DNA of 64,000 nt, taken from the NCBI GenBank assembly GCA_951406725.2, contig OX597816.1:22258001-22322000 (forward strand). Reading direction: 5' to 3'. Made by a program: the position numbers and the translations under genes. The notes below the pieces were generated by a model. The model was given only the letters and a program-made list of their open reading frames with translations. It was not told where the DNA came from and ran no database searches. Shown one piece after another: positions 26,911-40,113 of this stretch; the stretch's first letter is position 1; each line of letters begins with the position of its first letter. The stretch is from Octopus vulgaris (taxonomy: Eukaryota).

Positions 26911-27565
26911 GGAGGCAAGCTGGCAGAATCGTTAGCACACCGGGCGAAATGCGTAGCCGTATTTCGTCTGCCGTTGCGTTCTGAGTTCAAATTTCGCCGA
27001 GGTCGACTTTGCCTTTCATCCTTTCGGGGTCGATTAACTAAGTACCAGTTACGCACAGGGGTCGAAATAATCGACTTAATCCGTATGTATGTCCTTGTTT
27101 ATCTTCTCTGTGTGTGCGAGCTGGCAGACACGTTAGCGCGCCGGGCGAAATGCTTAGCGGTATTTCGTCTGTCGCTACGTTCTAAGTTCAAATTCCGCCG
27201 TAGACGACTTTGCCTTTCATCCTTTCGGCGTCGATAAATAAAGTACCAGTTTCGCACTGAGGCCAATGTAATCGATTTAATCCCATTGTCTGTCCTTGTT
27301 TGTCCCCTCTATGTTTAACCTCTTGTGGGTAGTAAAGAAATATATCTTCTCTGTGTGTAGCCTCTTGTGGACAGTAAAGAAATAAGAATCGTTAGCAGGC
27401 CAAGCAAAATGCTCAGCAGCGTTTCGTCCGTCCTTTAACTTCTGAGTTCAAATCTCACCAAGGTCTACTTTCACTTTCATCTTTTCGGTGTCGATAAAAG
27501 TGTAGCAGTTGGGTACTGTTGTCACTATAATCGTCTTGCCCTCGCCCTCGAAATTGCAGGCTTTT
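26911..27565 (+). mobile_element. Triple-nested SINE-B/B/B' cluster
   Basis: TSD tatcttctctgtgtgt (27100-27115, 27343-27358) around the inner copy; repeat agaatcgttagca (26925-26937, 27385-27397) around the middle copy. Confidence 0.88.
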
Positions 27566-27907
27566 ATAGACATCACAGCTTATCGCCCCCACTTCAGTAC
27601 ATATATCGCACTGAAGATATTGGATGATGCATTATCACACACCTGTTAAATTATAAATGCATATATTTATTTTTAAATTTGAGTTCATGACATGAAATAG
27701 TAAAGATGTCGGCTTAATAAGTAACCTAAATTACATTCTACCTTTATACTGAAGTTTACAAAAGTTATAAATATTCCTGGCATTTGTATGCAATTCTTCA
27801 AATATATTGGGATTGTGTTTTAAAAAATAAATTGATAATCTTTATTTATTGCAATGATGATCTTAATAATTGATTCATTTATATTAGTTTTATGCCTTTG
27901 GGTGTGA

Positions 27908-28230
27908 AGGCGCATGGTTCAGTGGTTAGAGCGTCGAGCTTACGATCGTGAGGTTGTGAGTCCGGATCTCGGACCGGGCTGCATGTTGAGTAAGACATTT
28001 CATTTCATGTTGGTCCAGTTCACTCAGCTGTAGAAATGAGTTACGATGTCACAGGTGCCAAGCTGTATCGGCCGTTGCCTTTCCCTTCGACAACATCAGT
28101 GGCAGGGAGAGGGGAGGCTGGTATGCATGGGCGACTGCTGGTCTTCCATAAACAACCTTGCCTGGACTTGTGCCTGGGAGGGTAACTTTCTAGGTGCAAT
28201 CCCATGGTCAGTCCTGACCGAAGGTGCTCT
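27908..28230 (+). mobile_element. SINE-D (tRNA head, distinct body and tail)
   Basis: ggcgcatggttcagtggttagagcg head with A-box; gttgagtaagacatttcattt CORE/V-like segment. Confidence 0.75.
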
Positions 28231-28346
28231 CAACATGCCTTTGAGTTTTTTTCTTTCTGCTATCTTTATCATTCAAACGTAATTCTCATTATTATCAGCA
28301 CTAATCCATATTTATAATGGTATTTAAAACAAGAACAACAATGATA

Positions 28347-29610
28347 GAAATTCAAAATATAGTGCTCATGGAAACTGCTCATATCCTACGTAAAATACCG
28401 TCTATGTAATCTCAAATTTTAAAAACACAATTATAATTCTCTTACGTTTTCTGAAACATTCTCTAGAACAATACGATGTGCAAAACCAAATATATAGCAC
28501 CCTAGGCATAACACCAACTTGAACTTCTAACTTGCTGTCTCTTGAAGTCTCTGGGTGAGACTTGGAGTCAACCTGTACAAATAGAAAGCAAACATCAAAC
28601 AAATAATAATCATAGTAGTAGTAGTTCAAAATATAGTGTTCATGGGAACTGCCCATATCCTACGTAAAATACTGTCTATGTAATCACAAATTTTAAAATA
28701 ATGTCATAATGTTTTTGTTTACATTCTCTAGAACAATACTATATGAAAGATCAACTATATAACGCTCTAGGCATAACAATAACAGAACTTCTAACTTGTT
28801 TTCTCTTGCGATCTCTGGATGAGACTTGGAGTCAACTTATACAAATCAAAATTCAAACATATAATAATAATAATGCTAAATAAAGAAATAAAGAACATGT
28901 ATGTTTATCGACATAGCATGCACCGGTGGCAACAGGATCAATGTGAAAGAAAAATTAAACAACTACAACGATTTAAAGTGGGGAATACGAAGGTTATGGT
29001 CAATGAAGAGGGGAGGCGTGATATCAATAGTAATTGGTGCACTTGGAAGTATAAGCACTCAGCTACTAATATGGTATTAGCTGAAACTGCAAGAATTGTT
29101 TGCAGGGTTCTTGAGGCATGACCAGTAAACAAGTGTCACCTTAGTCTGCTGGCATTGGACAGCTGACACTGTCCATCATACCCAGCAAAATAATCTGTGA
29201 ATTTTCAAATAATAATAATTATAATAATAATAATTGGAAAATGAAGAAGGTGCCATTGAAAATGAAGATGGTGAAGATAGTGCCCATTATTGTTGGATCC
29301 TTGAGAACAGTATCAGAAGGCATGAAGAGGAATATAAAGGAAATCGGAATAGAGTGTACTGTAGAACTGTTTACAAAAGGTTTGCTTCCTTAGCACGGTC
29401 AGAATAATAAGAAACGTACTAAATACCTGAAAAGAACGGATAGGTAGTAAGTCCGCTACGCATGCAAGATTCCAGGAACTCCAGCAAAACCCGTGATGAA
29501 GAGATAATAATAATAAGCTGTTGTCTCCTGAGGTCACTGGGTGAGACTTGGAGTGCACTTGTACAAATTCAAAGCAAAACTCAATCATATAATATTAATA
29601 ATAATAATAA
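28347..29610 (+). mobile_element. Tandem stack of R4/Dong-like (RLE-type) non-LTR retrotransposon 3' ends
   Basis: Units encode EIQNIVLMETAHILRKI, IVFMGTAHILRKILSM*, VIGALGSIS...ETARIVCRVLEA*, IVPIIVGSLRTV...LQKVCFLSTVRIIRNVLNT*. Units are separated by (AAT)n. Confidence 0.8.
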
Positions 29611-29822
29611 TTGTTACAAATTTTGCAACAAGAGCAGCCATTTGGGGGTGGGGGGAGTCAATTACATCGATTCCAGTGTTCAACTGATACTCAATTTATC
29701 GACCCCGAAATGATGAAAAGCAAAGTCAACCTCGGCGGAATTAGAAACTAGAACGTAGCGACGAGTCAAATATCGCTAGGCATTTCGTCCAACGTACGAA
29801 CGATTCTGCCAGCTCACCGCCT
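29611..29822 (-). mobile_element. SINE-B' diverged copy
   Basis: atttatcgaccccgaaatgatgaaaag...gattctgccagctcaccgcc. Confidence 0.8.
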
Positions 29823-29884
29823 TTTGCCATCGAAGTTGCCGTTACTTCAGGTCTCTGGGTGACACTTGGAAGAGATCGTATAAA

Positions 29885-30253
29885 TGGAAGCATTCTGTCG
29901 GTTACGACGACGAGGATTCCGGTTGATCCGAATCAACGGAACAGCCTGCTCGTGAAATTAACGTGTAAGTGGCTGAGCACTCCACAGACACGTAGTTCTC
30001 GGAGATATTCAGCGTGACACAGAGAGTGACAAGGCCGGCCCTTTGAAATACAGGTACAACAGAAACAGGAAGTAAGAGTGAGAGAAAGTTGTGGTGAAAG
30101 AGACAGCAGGGATCACCACCATCCCATGCCGGAGCCTCGTGGAGCTTTAGGTGTTTTCGCTCAATAAACACTCACAACGCCCGGTCTGGGAATCGAAACC
30201 GCGATCCTATGACCGCGAGTCCGCTACCCTAACCACTGGGCCATTGCGCCTCC
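29885..30253 (-). mobile_element. SINE-C with 11-bp TSD, inserted in a Dong-like 3' UTR
   Basis: Head ggaggcgcaatggcccagtggttaggg...ggtttcgattccc; perfect TSD gatcgtataaa at 29874-29884 and 30254-30264. Confidence 0.92.
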
Positions 30254-30390
30254 GATCGTATAAAACAAAGCAAAAGTAACATAAATACGATTGATAGCAA
30301 TATACAGTTCTTGGAAATATTTGGCACATTAAACATGCATTTCAACAGTACTCGTTATATATATGTGTGTGTGTGTGTGTGTGTATTACA

Positions 30391-31170
30391 TACTCTTTTA
30401 CTCTTTTATTTGTTTCAGTCACTTGACTGCAGCCATGCTGGAGCACCGCCTTTAGTCGAGGAAATTGACCCTGGGACGTATTCTTTGTAAGTCTAGTACT
30501 TATTCCATCGGTCTCTTTTTGCCGAACCGCTATGTTGGGGTAGGTAGACACACCAGCATCGGTTGTTAAGCGATTTTGGATGGGGGGGGTGACAAACACA
30601 GACACACAAACACACATACGTATATATACATATACATATACATGTATATGACGGGCTTCTTTCAGTTTCCGTCTACCAAATCCACTCACAAGGCTTTGGT
30701 CAGCACGAGGCTATAGTAGAAGCCACTTGCCCTTGGGCACCTTGATGCCACCCAGTGGGACTGAACCAGGAACAATGCGGTTGGTAAACACACATACGTA
30801 TATATACATATACATGTATACGACGGGCTTCTTTCAGTTTCCGTCTACCAAATCCACTCACAAGTATTTGGTCAGCACGAGGCTATAGTAGAAGCCACTT
30901 GCCCTTGGGCACCTTGGTGCCACGCAGTGGGACTGAAACAGGAACAATGCGGTTGGTAAACACACATACGTATATATACATATACATATACATGTATACG
31001 ACGGGCTTCTTTCAGTTTCCGTCTACCAAATCCACTCACAAGGCTTTAGTCAGCACGAGGCTATAGTAGAAGACACTTGCCCTTGGGCACCTTGGTGCCA
31101 CGCAGTGGGACTGAACCAAGAACAATGCGGTTGGTAAGCAAGCTAGTTACCACACAGTCACTCCTGCGCC
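30391..31170 (-). mobile_element. SINE-A with tandemly triplicated left arm
   Basis: Three ~172-180 bp units starting near 30609, 30789 and 30961. Confidence 0.92.
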
Positions 31171-31754
31171 TTTAAAATCATCTAAGACAATATAATCAAA
31201 ATTTCATGTTCTATATAGGCAAATGTTACTCTGTTTCCCAGGATACACAGACATATCATAATTATCATTATATTTATCATTAGATTCTTCGCTCTCATAA
31301 ATCTGCAACAACCTTCCTAATCATCGTAATTCTCTTATGAAAAGAATATATCTTTAAGTGAAATCATTTATTGAACAAGCAATATAATTGTGAAGATATT
31401 TAGAACTCCTTTCAGTGAACGTAGAAATTGTAAGTAATGTCTTCAGTAAGTGGTAAGTGTTCATAAATAAAAGAATTATAATTAAGAATTCCTACATGAA
31501 TATAACTTTTATGTTTGTTTTTATTTTTCATAAACTTTCACAATGCACGTAAATTACGCTGTATCGAATATATCGAACATATCCATATATCAATTATACT
31601 TCTAGATATGTAGTTGTATGCATAAGCATTTGTGTATCTGTGCTATTAGACACAGACGAATAAATATAAAGGGTATATGTGTGTATGTATGCAGAGAGAG
31701 ACGTAAATAATTATGTACTTATAAACATACAAACACAAGCATCTCGCGTATATA

Positions 31755-31774
31755 GCTATGGGTGTGTATATATT

Positions 31775-31824
<50 letters not shown>

Positions 31825-32040
31825 TGTATATGTATGTGTGTAAATATGTATGTGTGCGTGTATGTATGTGTATGTATATGTGTGTGTATGTATGTGTATG
31901 GATCTGTGTGTGTCTGTATGTATATGTATGTATATATGTGTATGTATATGTATGTATATATATGCATATGAATATCCACTCACAGACACATACATGTACA
32001 TGTGTTTGTGAGTGAGTTTATACGTACGTACATATGCATG
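31755..32040. repeat. (TG)n/(TATG)n compound microsatellite
   Basis: Direct reading. Confidence 0.9.
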
Positions 32041-32619
32041 GTTGTAGGTAATTCGAAAGACAGGATCACAGTTTTATTAAAACGATATATTATTTTCTCT
32101 TCTTTGAAATGTTCGACTTCCGCGCTTCGCTTTCACTTCAAAAAGAACCGTATGCTACGCAACATCAAAGACAAAAGTAAACGATGTGAACGGGACACAA
32201 CTCTCTCAAATATTATTGCCGAGGCATGAGACTAAAATCAATATATTCGAATTAAAATAAAAGACAAATCTAAACAATCAGACATACGTCGTCTACAGAT
32301 CATTTTGGCACCGGGAAATGATAAATAAGCTATTATGCTTATATACTTTTCAATCTGTTCCATAAACGTGATAGATCAACAACAGATCAACGATAATTGT
32401 AAGATTTGAATCGAGTTTTTCTTTTATAGATGTTAAGTGTATTTACTCAAATAAGATACACGAATGTAGACATGATCACAAGCACATCGACAATATGGTA
32501 TATTAAAGTGAAGCGGTGTTGTAGGTTACTTTTATATAATTTTCTTATTATAGTCAACGGTTTTGAAGGCCATTCTATCACGGTTGTAATAAAATATTTT
32601 GTTATTTTCTTGTAAATAA

Positions 32620-32975
32620 AGGCGGCGAACAAGCAAAATCGTTCGCACTCAGGGCACTGCCCTTAATGCCATTTCGTCCGTCTTCTCGTTCTGGGTTTAA
32701 ATTCCGCTGAGGCCGACGTTTCCTGTCATCATTTTGGAATGGATTAAATAACTACAACTTGAGCACTGGCGTCGATATAATCCATTTACCCTTCTCCCGA
32801 AAATGCTAGCCGTGTGCCACAATTTGAAGCCATTATTTTCTTGTAAATTTCGCCGGCGAGCTAACAGAATCATTCGACGATACTTTTCATCATTTCCGAG
32901 TCGATGAATTACGTCAGAGATCGCCTAGCCACCTCTCACATAATTTCAGGCAGTGTGTCTATAGCAGAAAGGATA
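32620..32975 (+). mobile_element. Two old SINE-B' copies in tandem (second internally deleted)
   Basis: ggcggcgaac...aattccgctgaggccgac...gtgtgccacaatttgaagcc, then ggcgagctaacagaatc...aatttcaggcagtgtgtctatagcagaaagg. Confidence 0.65.
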
Positions 32976-33305
32976 ATTTTGTGGCAAATTTTAGATTTCG
33001 GTGTTCTCGTCTGAACAATCTACTTTGAAAGCGAGAAACCAAGAAAATCGTAATGAAAGTCACAATGAAACATATCTCGAATACGTATGAAGAGCTTTTG
33101 GTTTAGCTTTTTTAAAATCTCTTTTTTTACTTTTTTCAGTTTGGACTTTGTCCTAAATTCCGGTCCTCAATACGGAGGTTTCAAAAGTAGCGTTGATAGA
33201 TCACATAGAAACACACATATGTGCAATTACACACAGGGAAACACACACACACACACACACACACATTAATAAACTATACATACATACACATATAAATATG
33301 TGTAT

Positions 33306-33702
33306 GGAATGGAATGGAAGCACTCCGTCGGTTACGACGACGAGGGTTCCGGTTGATCCGATCAACGGAACAGCCTGCTCGTGAAATTAACGTGTAAGTG
33401 GCTGAGCACTCCACAGACACGTGTACCTTTAACGTAGTTCTCGGGGATATTCAGCGTGACACAGAGAGTGACAAGGCCGGCCCTTTGAAATACAGGTACA
33501 ACAGAAACAGGAAGCAAGAGTGAGAGAGAGAAAGTTGTGGTGAAAGAGTACAGCAGGGATCACCACCAGCCCTGCCGGAGCCTCATGGAGTCTTTTTCGG
33601 TGTTTTCGCTCAATAAACACTCACAACGCCCGGTCTGGGAATCGAAACCGCGATCCTACGACCGCGAGTCCGCTGCCCTAACCACTGGGCCATTGCGCCT
33701 CC
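33306..33702 (-). mobile_element. SINE-C full copy with TSD and (TTCCA)n tail
   Basis: TSD aaatatgtgtat at 33294-33305 and 33707-33718; near-identical to the 29885 and 41230 copies. Confidence 0.92.
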
Positions 33703-33820
33703 ACTCAAATATGTGTATATGTATGTATATACATTCATTCGTCATGTGATGCAGATACCTCCAATGATATACTAATCAGGGTCGAAAGTGAATTGATCAT
33801 ATAAATAAATTTGATTGCAC

Positions 33821-33877
<57 letters not shown>

Positions 33878-35808
33878 CTGCATTATAAATGTTACCATAA
33901 TTTTTTAATCATTCAAAATGATTTATATTCTAAGCGCGTACTAAAAAGTGATAACTAATCAATTATAGACATTATACTCCACAACTTGCGACTTTTGGAA
34001 TGGTATATCTAATAAAAATCTAAAAGTATTATGTGAATTAGAAAACGGAAACCATAAAAGAAATATCCCTTTTATGTGTAATTAGCTATCAATACAATTA
34101 AAACCTTGATCGTCTATCGTAAAGTCGATAAAAACGAGGATTGAATTCTACGAATTTTGTCTTTCAAATGTGCAATGAAGGATCAGACAAACTTGTACGT
34201 CTAGAAGCGAACTGTCCAGTACTCACCGAAATCATATGCAGGAATAGATTTAAGATACAGTTTCATAGAGCAAAAATGCTGATATGGACACTGGAAGGAT
34301 TTACTTATATACTATATATAAGTTTCACAGGTATTCTTTACTCCAATGTTATGGCAGTATTGATGATTGCAGTAGAGAATGATTTAAATAGAAACCTTTG
34401 AATAGAAAACTTCACATCTAATACACTAGACACTATTTATATCTCCGAGTAGGCAGACAGGATGATATTCCTGGATATATTTGAAGCCAAAAATGCTTTG
34501 AATTTCGCGTTAAAACAAGAAGTATATGGTGTAATCTTAATTTTAAGGAGAACCGTTTAATTATATTCAATAATGAAGCATCCAGTATTGATTGTGGTGA
34601 GGAAGCCCTTTTTCTTGAAATATTTTTGGTAGCAAATATTAGATATTGCATTACAACTGCAATATTTTTCTTTTTCTCACGTTATCATCGCTATCACATT
34701 TGATATTTGCGTACATTTACGCAAAACCTACATTTGTTAAATTTCCTTGCATTGCTAAAAGCCCTTCATATAGCCAAAAGCTATTTCCATCTCTGAAAGA
34801 TCCTAACAGTGCTCTTAATATATTACATCGCTGAAATTATTATCACCATCATGTTTATAACAGTATCACGCGATTTTGCATTCTGTGTTCCGAGGTATAC
34901 GCAGCAAATATATTTCTGTGAAACGTATTTTAATATATTCTACAGCATACGTAATACTTCGTGCATCACTAACAACAACGGTAAGGCCCTTAAGGCAAGA
35001 TGTAAATAATCACAAGACAAATCGACTGTGATAAGTGCTTCCCCGTCATTATTAATTATAAATGTCAATGAAAGTATACATTAGATATGCATAAACACGT
35101 ATCCATTCAAGTATATGACCTTCACGTGCTATCAATCAAAATATGTAAATGAAAAAAGGACGTTATATTACGTTGTTAGCGTGCTTAGAAATAATAAGGA
35201 GAAAATAAGATGGTTGAATTTGAAGTCTTGTAACTTACGCTGTCTTTCACCAAACTGTGATATTTGGCATTTGTAGAATTTGATTTCAGAATATGGAAAT
35301 GTTCATTTGACTGTAAAGTATTATTTATTCGTGTATGAAACCGTTTCTGCCTCGTTAACCATTTTCATCTCCATAACAATATTTCCTAAACAGACAAGCA
35401 TATATAGACGTATCCATTTGTTAATATAAGTATTCCAGAAAGAAAATGTTGATCAATGGCTTAACACAAGAGTTAATTAGAAATATTTTTAAAGGATAAA
35501 TAAAAACATATACCAAGGATATCCTCTGTATATGGCTATGTTATTTATTTCAGTTTTCAAAAAGATAATTATTTCTTGGAGATATAATTATTTCGGTGTA
35601 TTAATGAATATTTGATAGGACAAACGATATACTAACACTAAGAAATGTGATATTTATAAAAAGCAAAGACTGTTATAAATTTCAGCGTAAATTCCAATAG
35701 AAACTATTACTTTAAGATTTATTTGCCATTATTTAAATATATATAATATTGTATTTTACGCTTAAAGTTTTTTGAAACATAAATGTCTAAACATACGATT
35801 TATTTCTA

Positions 35809-35863
<55 letters not shown>

Positions 35864-36555
35864 GCTGTTGTTGTATGTTTCACCCAGAGACCTCAAGAGA
35901 GAAGTTAGAAGTTAAAGTTGGTGTTATGCCTATGTTGCCAAATATTTGGTCTTGCACAAAGTATTGTTCTAGAGAATGTTTAAGAAAAGAAAATTAATAT
36001 AATTTTGTTTTAAAATTTGAGATTACATAGACAGTATTTTACATAGAATATGGGCAGTTCCCATGAGCGTTATCTTTTGAATTCCTACCATTATTATTAT
36101 TGTCGTTGTTCTTGTTCTTTCAAATACCATTATTAATATGGATTAATGCTGATAATAAATAAAATATGCTCATGGGCAATTCCCATGAGCACTATTATTT
36201 TGAATTTCTGCCATTTTGGTATTTTCTGCTATCTCAGCTAGGTAGCAATCAGCCCCTTTTTGCAATCATTCCTCGAGCACCTATGACAACAGGTATTGTT
36301 TTAGTCTTGAGGTTACACATTTTGCCAATTTCTATTTCAAGATCTTTATACATGCTCAGATTTTTGGTAGGTCTTGCCAGCTACATTTATGTCGATTGGG
36401 ACAGTCATATCGATAAGGAGGTATGATTTTTGTCTCAAGTCTTTCAATATAATGGCTGGCCAATTTTTATTTATCTTTCTGTCAATTTGAACGTTGAAGT
36501 ACCAGAAGAGTGAGGTGTGGTCATTTTCAAACACAGGTGGTTTATGTTCCCACCA
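35809..36555 (-). mobile_element. R4/Dong-like retrotransposon 3' fragments (RLE endonuclease domain) abutting (TTA)n
   Basis: WWEHKPP..ENDHTSLFWYFNVQIDRKINKNWPAIILKD...LLIDMTVPIDINV...YKDLEIEIGKM..LKTKTIPVVIGARG (decayed PD-(D/E)xK RLE); 3' UTR matches 28347-28600. Confidence 0.85.
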
Positions 36556-36599
36556 CGAAAAAGACAGTAACTTGAGCATCAGTAGCGATAGCGACAGCA

Positions 36600-37330
36600 A
36601 CAAGACCAGCAAGAACAGTACCAATAACAAAAGCACTCTCCCAGCAGCAGTAGTAGCGAAGAACAAAGAACGCATTACCGTGCACCTTACAAATAGGGAC
36701 CAGATGCTAACACAAGCATGGAAACTAATAAAACAAGAGAAAACTTCGGCTAATCTGACCTTTTCGTCAGAAACGATTGAAGTAGCGGAAAGAAGAACAG
36801 TGGTTTTCAGATGTATCTCAGCAGACACGAAAAGAGCGGCTTTAATACTCAACTAGATATTGAGACGACGCTGAGGTACAACAGAAACTACATCGCATAT
36901 ACAGCGAGGGTCAGACAATACGGCACCATTTCGGTGCTGTTTAAGTCAGAAGCCCTTACTATGAGACGTCCAATGAACCCTGCAAAACCAGCCAAGTCAC
37001 TATGTACCCCTCCCACATAGGGAAATGTACCGGTCGTGTCCGCATTCCTAGAATCCCACCAGGACTAGATGTTTGGTGGCTTCCGAGGTGCGTAGTCTTG
37101 GAGGGGACGGATACTGTCTTGCTTGAATCGACAAGAACTGCCAGGGCGGACTGGTCCGGAGCTGAACGAATTTTTTTAAAATCCCCGACCACATCCGTCT
37201 CCTGAATAGGACAGTAATAGACATTATGACTGAGGGCAAAATGCTGTATTGTTTCGTGTGGAGAGAAACGATTCATTTGCAAGCTCACTTGCTCCCAACT
37301 GGTACAAAGTGCAAGAGGTTAAAGGCCTCC
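36600..37330 (+). pseudogene. Probable decayed LINE ORF1 (L1/Tx1-like; RRM-like region + degenerate CCHC knuckle)
   Basis: Frameshifted reading RTVVFRC...RQYGTISVLF.SE...MYPSHIGK...VRIPRIPPG...IMTEGKMLYCFVWRETIHLQAH(C); the last part fits a decayed CX2CX4HX4C. Confidence 0.45.
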
Positions 37331-37339
37331 ACAAGCTAA

Positions 37340-38019
37340 AGACAGAAGGGAAAGGTTTTGTCCTGTCCTCCCGCTGTTATCAAAGAGTATCCATTTCCCA
37401 TCACACATAGTAAGTCGACACAAAAATAGGTCTCTTTCCAACCGAGAAATCAACATGGAACACACTGTAAGGTGTCAGTTTCTTTGAATCTCATTGAGTT
37501 GATGGGGAATAAATCTATCCATATTTTTGATTTTTGCAATTTTCTTCAAGTGTCAACAAGCAGTTGCAGGAGATGTCTGGAGCCCTGATCCGATTTTTCG
37601 GACTGTTATTCTCGGATTTCGTTTAACCAAAGCATTCAATTCATCATGCCGACTAACTGATTTTGGTCTCCCTCTTGGTTCATTTTTAAGGCTTTCATTT
37701 CCTGAACGAAAATCCTTGGAACCATTCCTGAACAGTTCTGATGTGAACAGAATCGTTAGCAAAAGCCCGCTTGATGTTCCGTAGAGCTTCGGTGACAGAG
37801 TGACCCAACTTGTATTCGTACAAGAAAATCACTCGGTATTGTTCATTTGTCAACATTGTCATAAAAGCTGTAGATGGCAATATTGAATAATAGTATTGTC
37901 AAGAAAGAAAAAAGAGTTAAGAGTAAACACAAGTATATACATAGAAACTCATTAATAATCCATTTGTACACGACTCATAAGAAGCCCATTTAAAATACAT
38001 TTCATATGAGACAACCTAA
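37340..38019 (-). mobile_element. Mariner (cecropia/Hsmar1-like) 5' half
   Basis: TIR ttaggttgtctcatatgaaatg after TA; RVIFLYEYKLGHSVTEALRNI...RTVQEWF..FRSGNESLKNEPRGRP...FIPHQL...CDGKWILFDN. Confidence 0.88.
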
Positions 38020-38029
38020 TAGACAAGCA

Positions 38030-38162
38030 GATTGAGAGATAAATAGAGAGAGAGAGAGATGGATAGTGAGAGAGTGATGGATAAAGAGAGAGGGGGAAAG
38101 ATAGATAGGAAGATAGATAGATATAGATAGATAGATAGGGAGATAGAGAGAGATGGATAGAG

Positions 38163-38240
<78 letters not shown>

Positions 38241-38300
38241 GGAGATAGAAAGATACATGTATACATACATATATACAGTGTGTGTGTGTGTCTGTGTGTG
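38030..38300. repeat. (GA)n/(GATA)n/(TG)n microsatellite
   Basis: Direct reading. Confidence 0.9.
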
Positions 38301-38844
38301 TATTAAGCTTCCGGATTCGTTAGACCGTAGGTATTTCAACGCTAGGAATGGTCGGGTAACGAGCTTTCAATAATCAGGAACTATCCAAGTTATATTTAGC
38401 TGATTGCATGCTATAATGTGCACATTATACATCTACACGTCTATCTATATATAACTACACATAGACACTTATATCCATACACATAGGAGCAATAGTAAAA
38501 TTATAAAATCTGGATTATAATGCCATGGGTTTCTTCCCTTTTTACATTATTCTTTCTTGTTTTATTTATATTTTTAAATTTCTTATTTTAATCTCCTATC
38601 AGTTATCTCTAATTTGTTATCATTTATTATATCCCGTTTGTTCTAGTATCGCTGATATCCAAATCTGAATTTATCTTATTTTTGTTTTTATACGTTTCCT
38701 CTTTTATATCTACTCATTATATATTAATATAGTGTATATGCTTTACAAATGTACTTTACTATATATGCTTGTCTATGCGGAAAATTTTAAATTGTGCTAT
38801 GTATATTCATGTATACATACTTGTGTGTATGGGTATATGTGTAT

Positions 38845-38906
<62 letters not shown>

Positions 38907-39916
38907 ATGCGCGTCTGTCCGTGCATGTATACGAGTGTTTAGACGCATGTGTGTAAGATATTATATGCGTATATCGATACTTAGATTAGTTAAGGAACAA
39001 AGATGCGCTCGTTCAATAGAAAGACGTCTGATTGGATTACAAATAGAATGTAAAAATATGAAATATAAGTATGCATATATGAATACGAATGATTGTGTAA
39101 ATATACGTACGAAAATGTATGTAACTTATATGACCATATGTATGTAGGTGTATGTCTGTGTATATGTAGATATGTACGCATATATCATATGTATATACGA
39201 GTATATATGAGGTACGTATCGTGATGAAGAATGCGCTTGGTAGGTGTATACATGTATATATATTAATATTTACATATGTGTGTGTATGTATGTATATGAA
39301 TGTTTATATATATATACACACACGTATGTATATATATATATATGTGTGTATTTGTGTGTACATGTGTATGTTAGTGTATGTGTTTTAGTGTCGGGTAAGT
39401 AGCAACAGTCAGATGTCTTATCTATACGACTCTCCCGATTAGATTTTCTCTAGCCTTGTTTTTATTCTTTTTTCATATGTCTTATGTCTTCCGTGATTTG
39501 CCGTCCAAGAACATAAACTAATAAACTAATTGAGAAATTAGATAGTTTTGACCCTTGCCCTTTTGGGTCTTATAAGCGACTTTTATATTCTATTGTTCTT
39601 AAAAAAAAAAAAAGAACACTTCCTTCAATGTATCTTGGTTAGCAAGTGTACTTATATCTTCTGTCTAGTAGCCTGGTTGTTTAAAATTTCCTGAAGATAT
39701 GAGAATTTTGCCATTATATAATTTAAGAGTGCACCAATAAAATGCTGCCAAAGTAGCTGTTGGGAAATTTTAACCGCATTTTGAGTTCTTTTCATTCATA
39801 TATATGTGTTTGTGTGTGGTCCAAATAAACAGACAAAGAAATATTTCAACACTAATGAACCAACTCTTCTTGCAACACCAGTTTACGTAAAATTCGAAGT
39901 GAAAACTTACGTAACA

Positions 39917-40077
39917 GGCACAAGAGTGGCTGTGTGGTAAGTAGCTGCTTACCAACCACATGGTTCTGGGTTCAGTCCCACTGCGTGGCAACTTGAGCAA
40001 GTGTCTTCTAGTATAGCCTCAGGCTGACCAATGCCTTGTGAGTGGATTTGGTAGACGGAAACTGAAAGAAGCTCGTC

Positions 40078-40080
<3 letters not shown>
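39917..40080 (+). mobile_element. SINE-A left arm
   Basis: Head through gaaactgaaagaagctcgtcg, then (TA)n. Confidence 0.88.

Positions 40081-40113
<33 letters not shown>

Noticed and set aside
33625-33702. tRNA gene candidates (SINE-C, A, B and D heads)
   Set aside because: A/B boxes are present, but there is no complete acceptor stem or terminator and each continues into a SINE body, often with TSDs.
34100-35010. Repeat-free region with several 60-86 aa ORFs
   Set aside because: No recognisable protein motif or exon structure; a small host exon cannot be excluded without transcript alignment.
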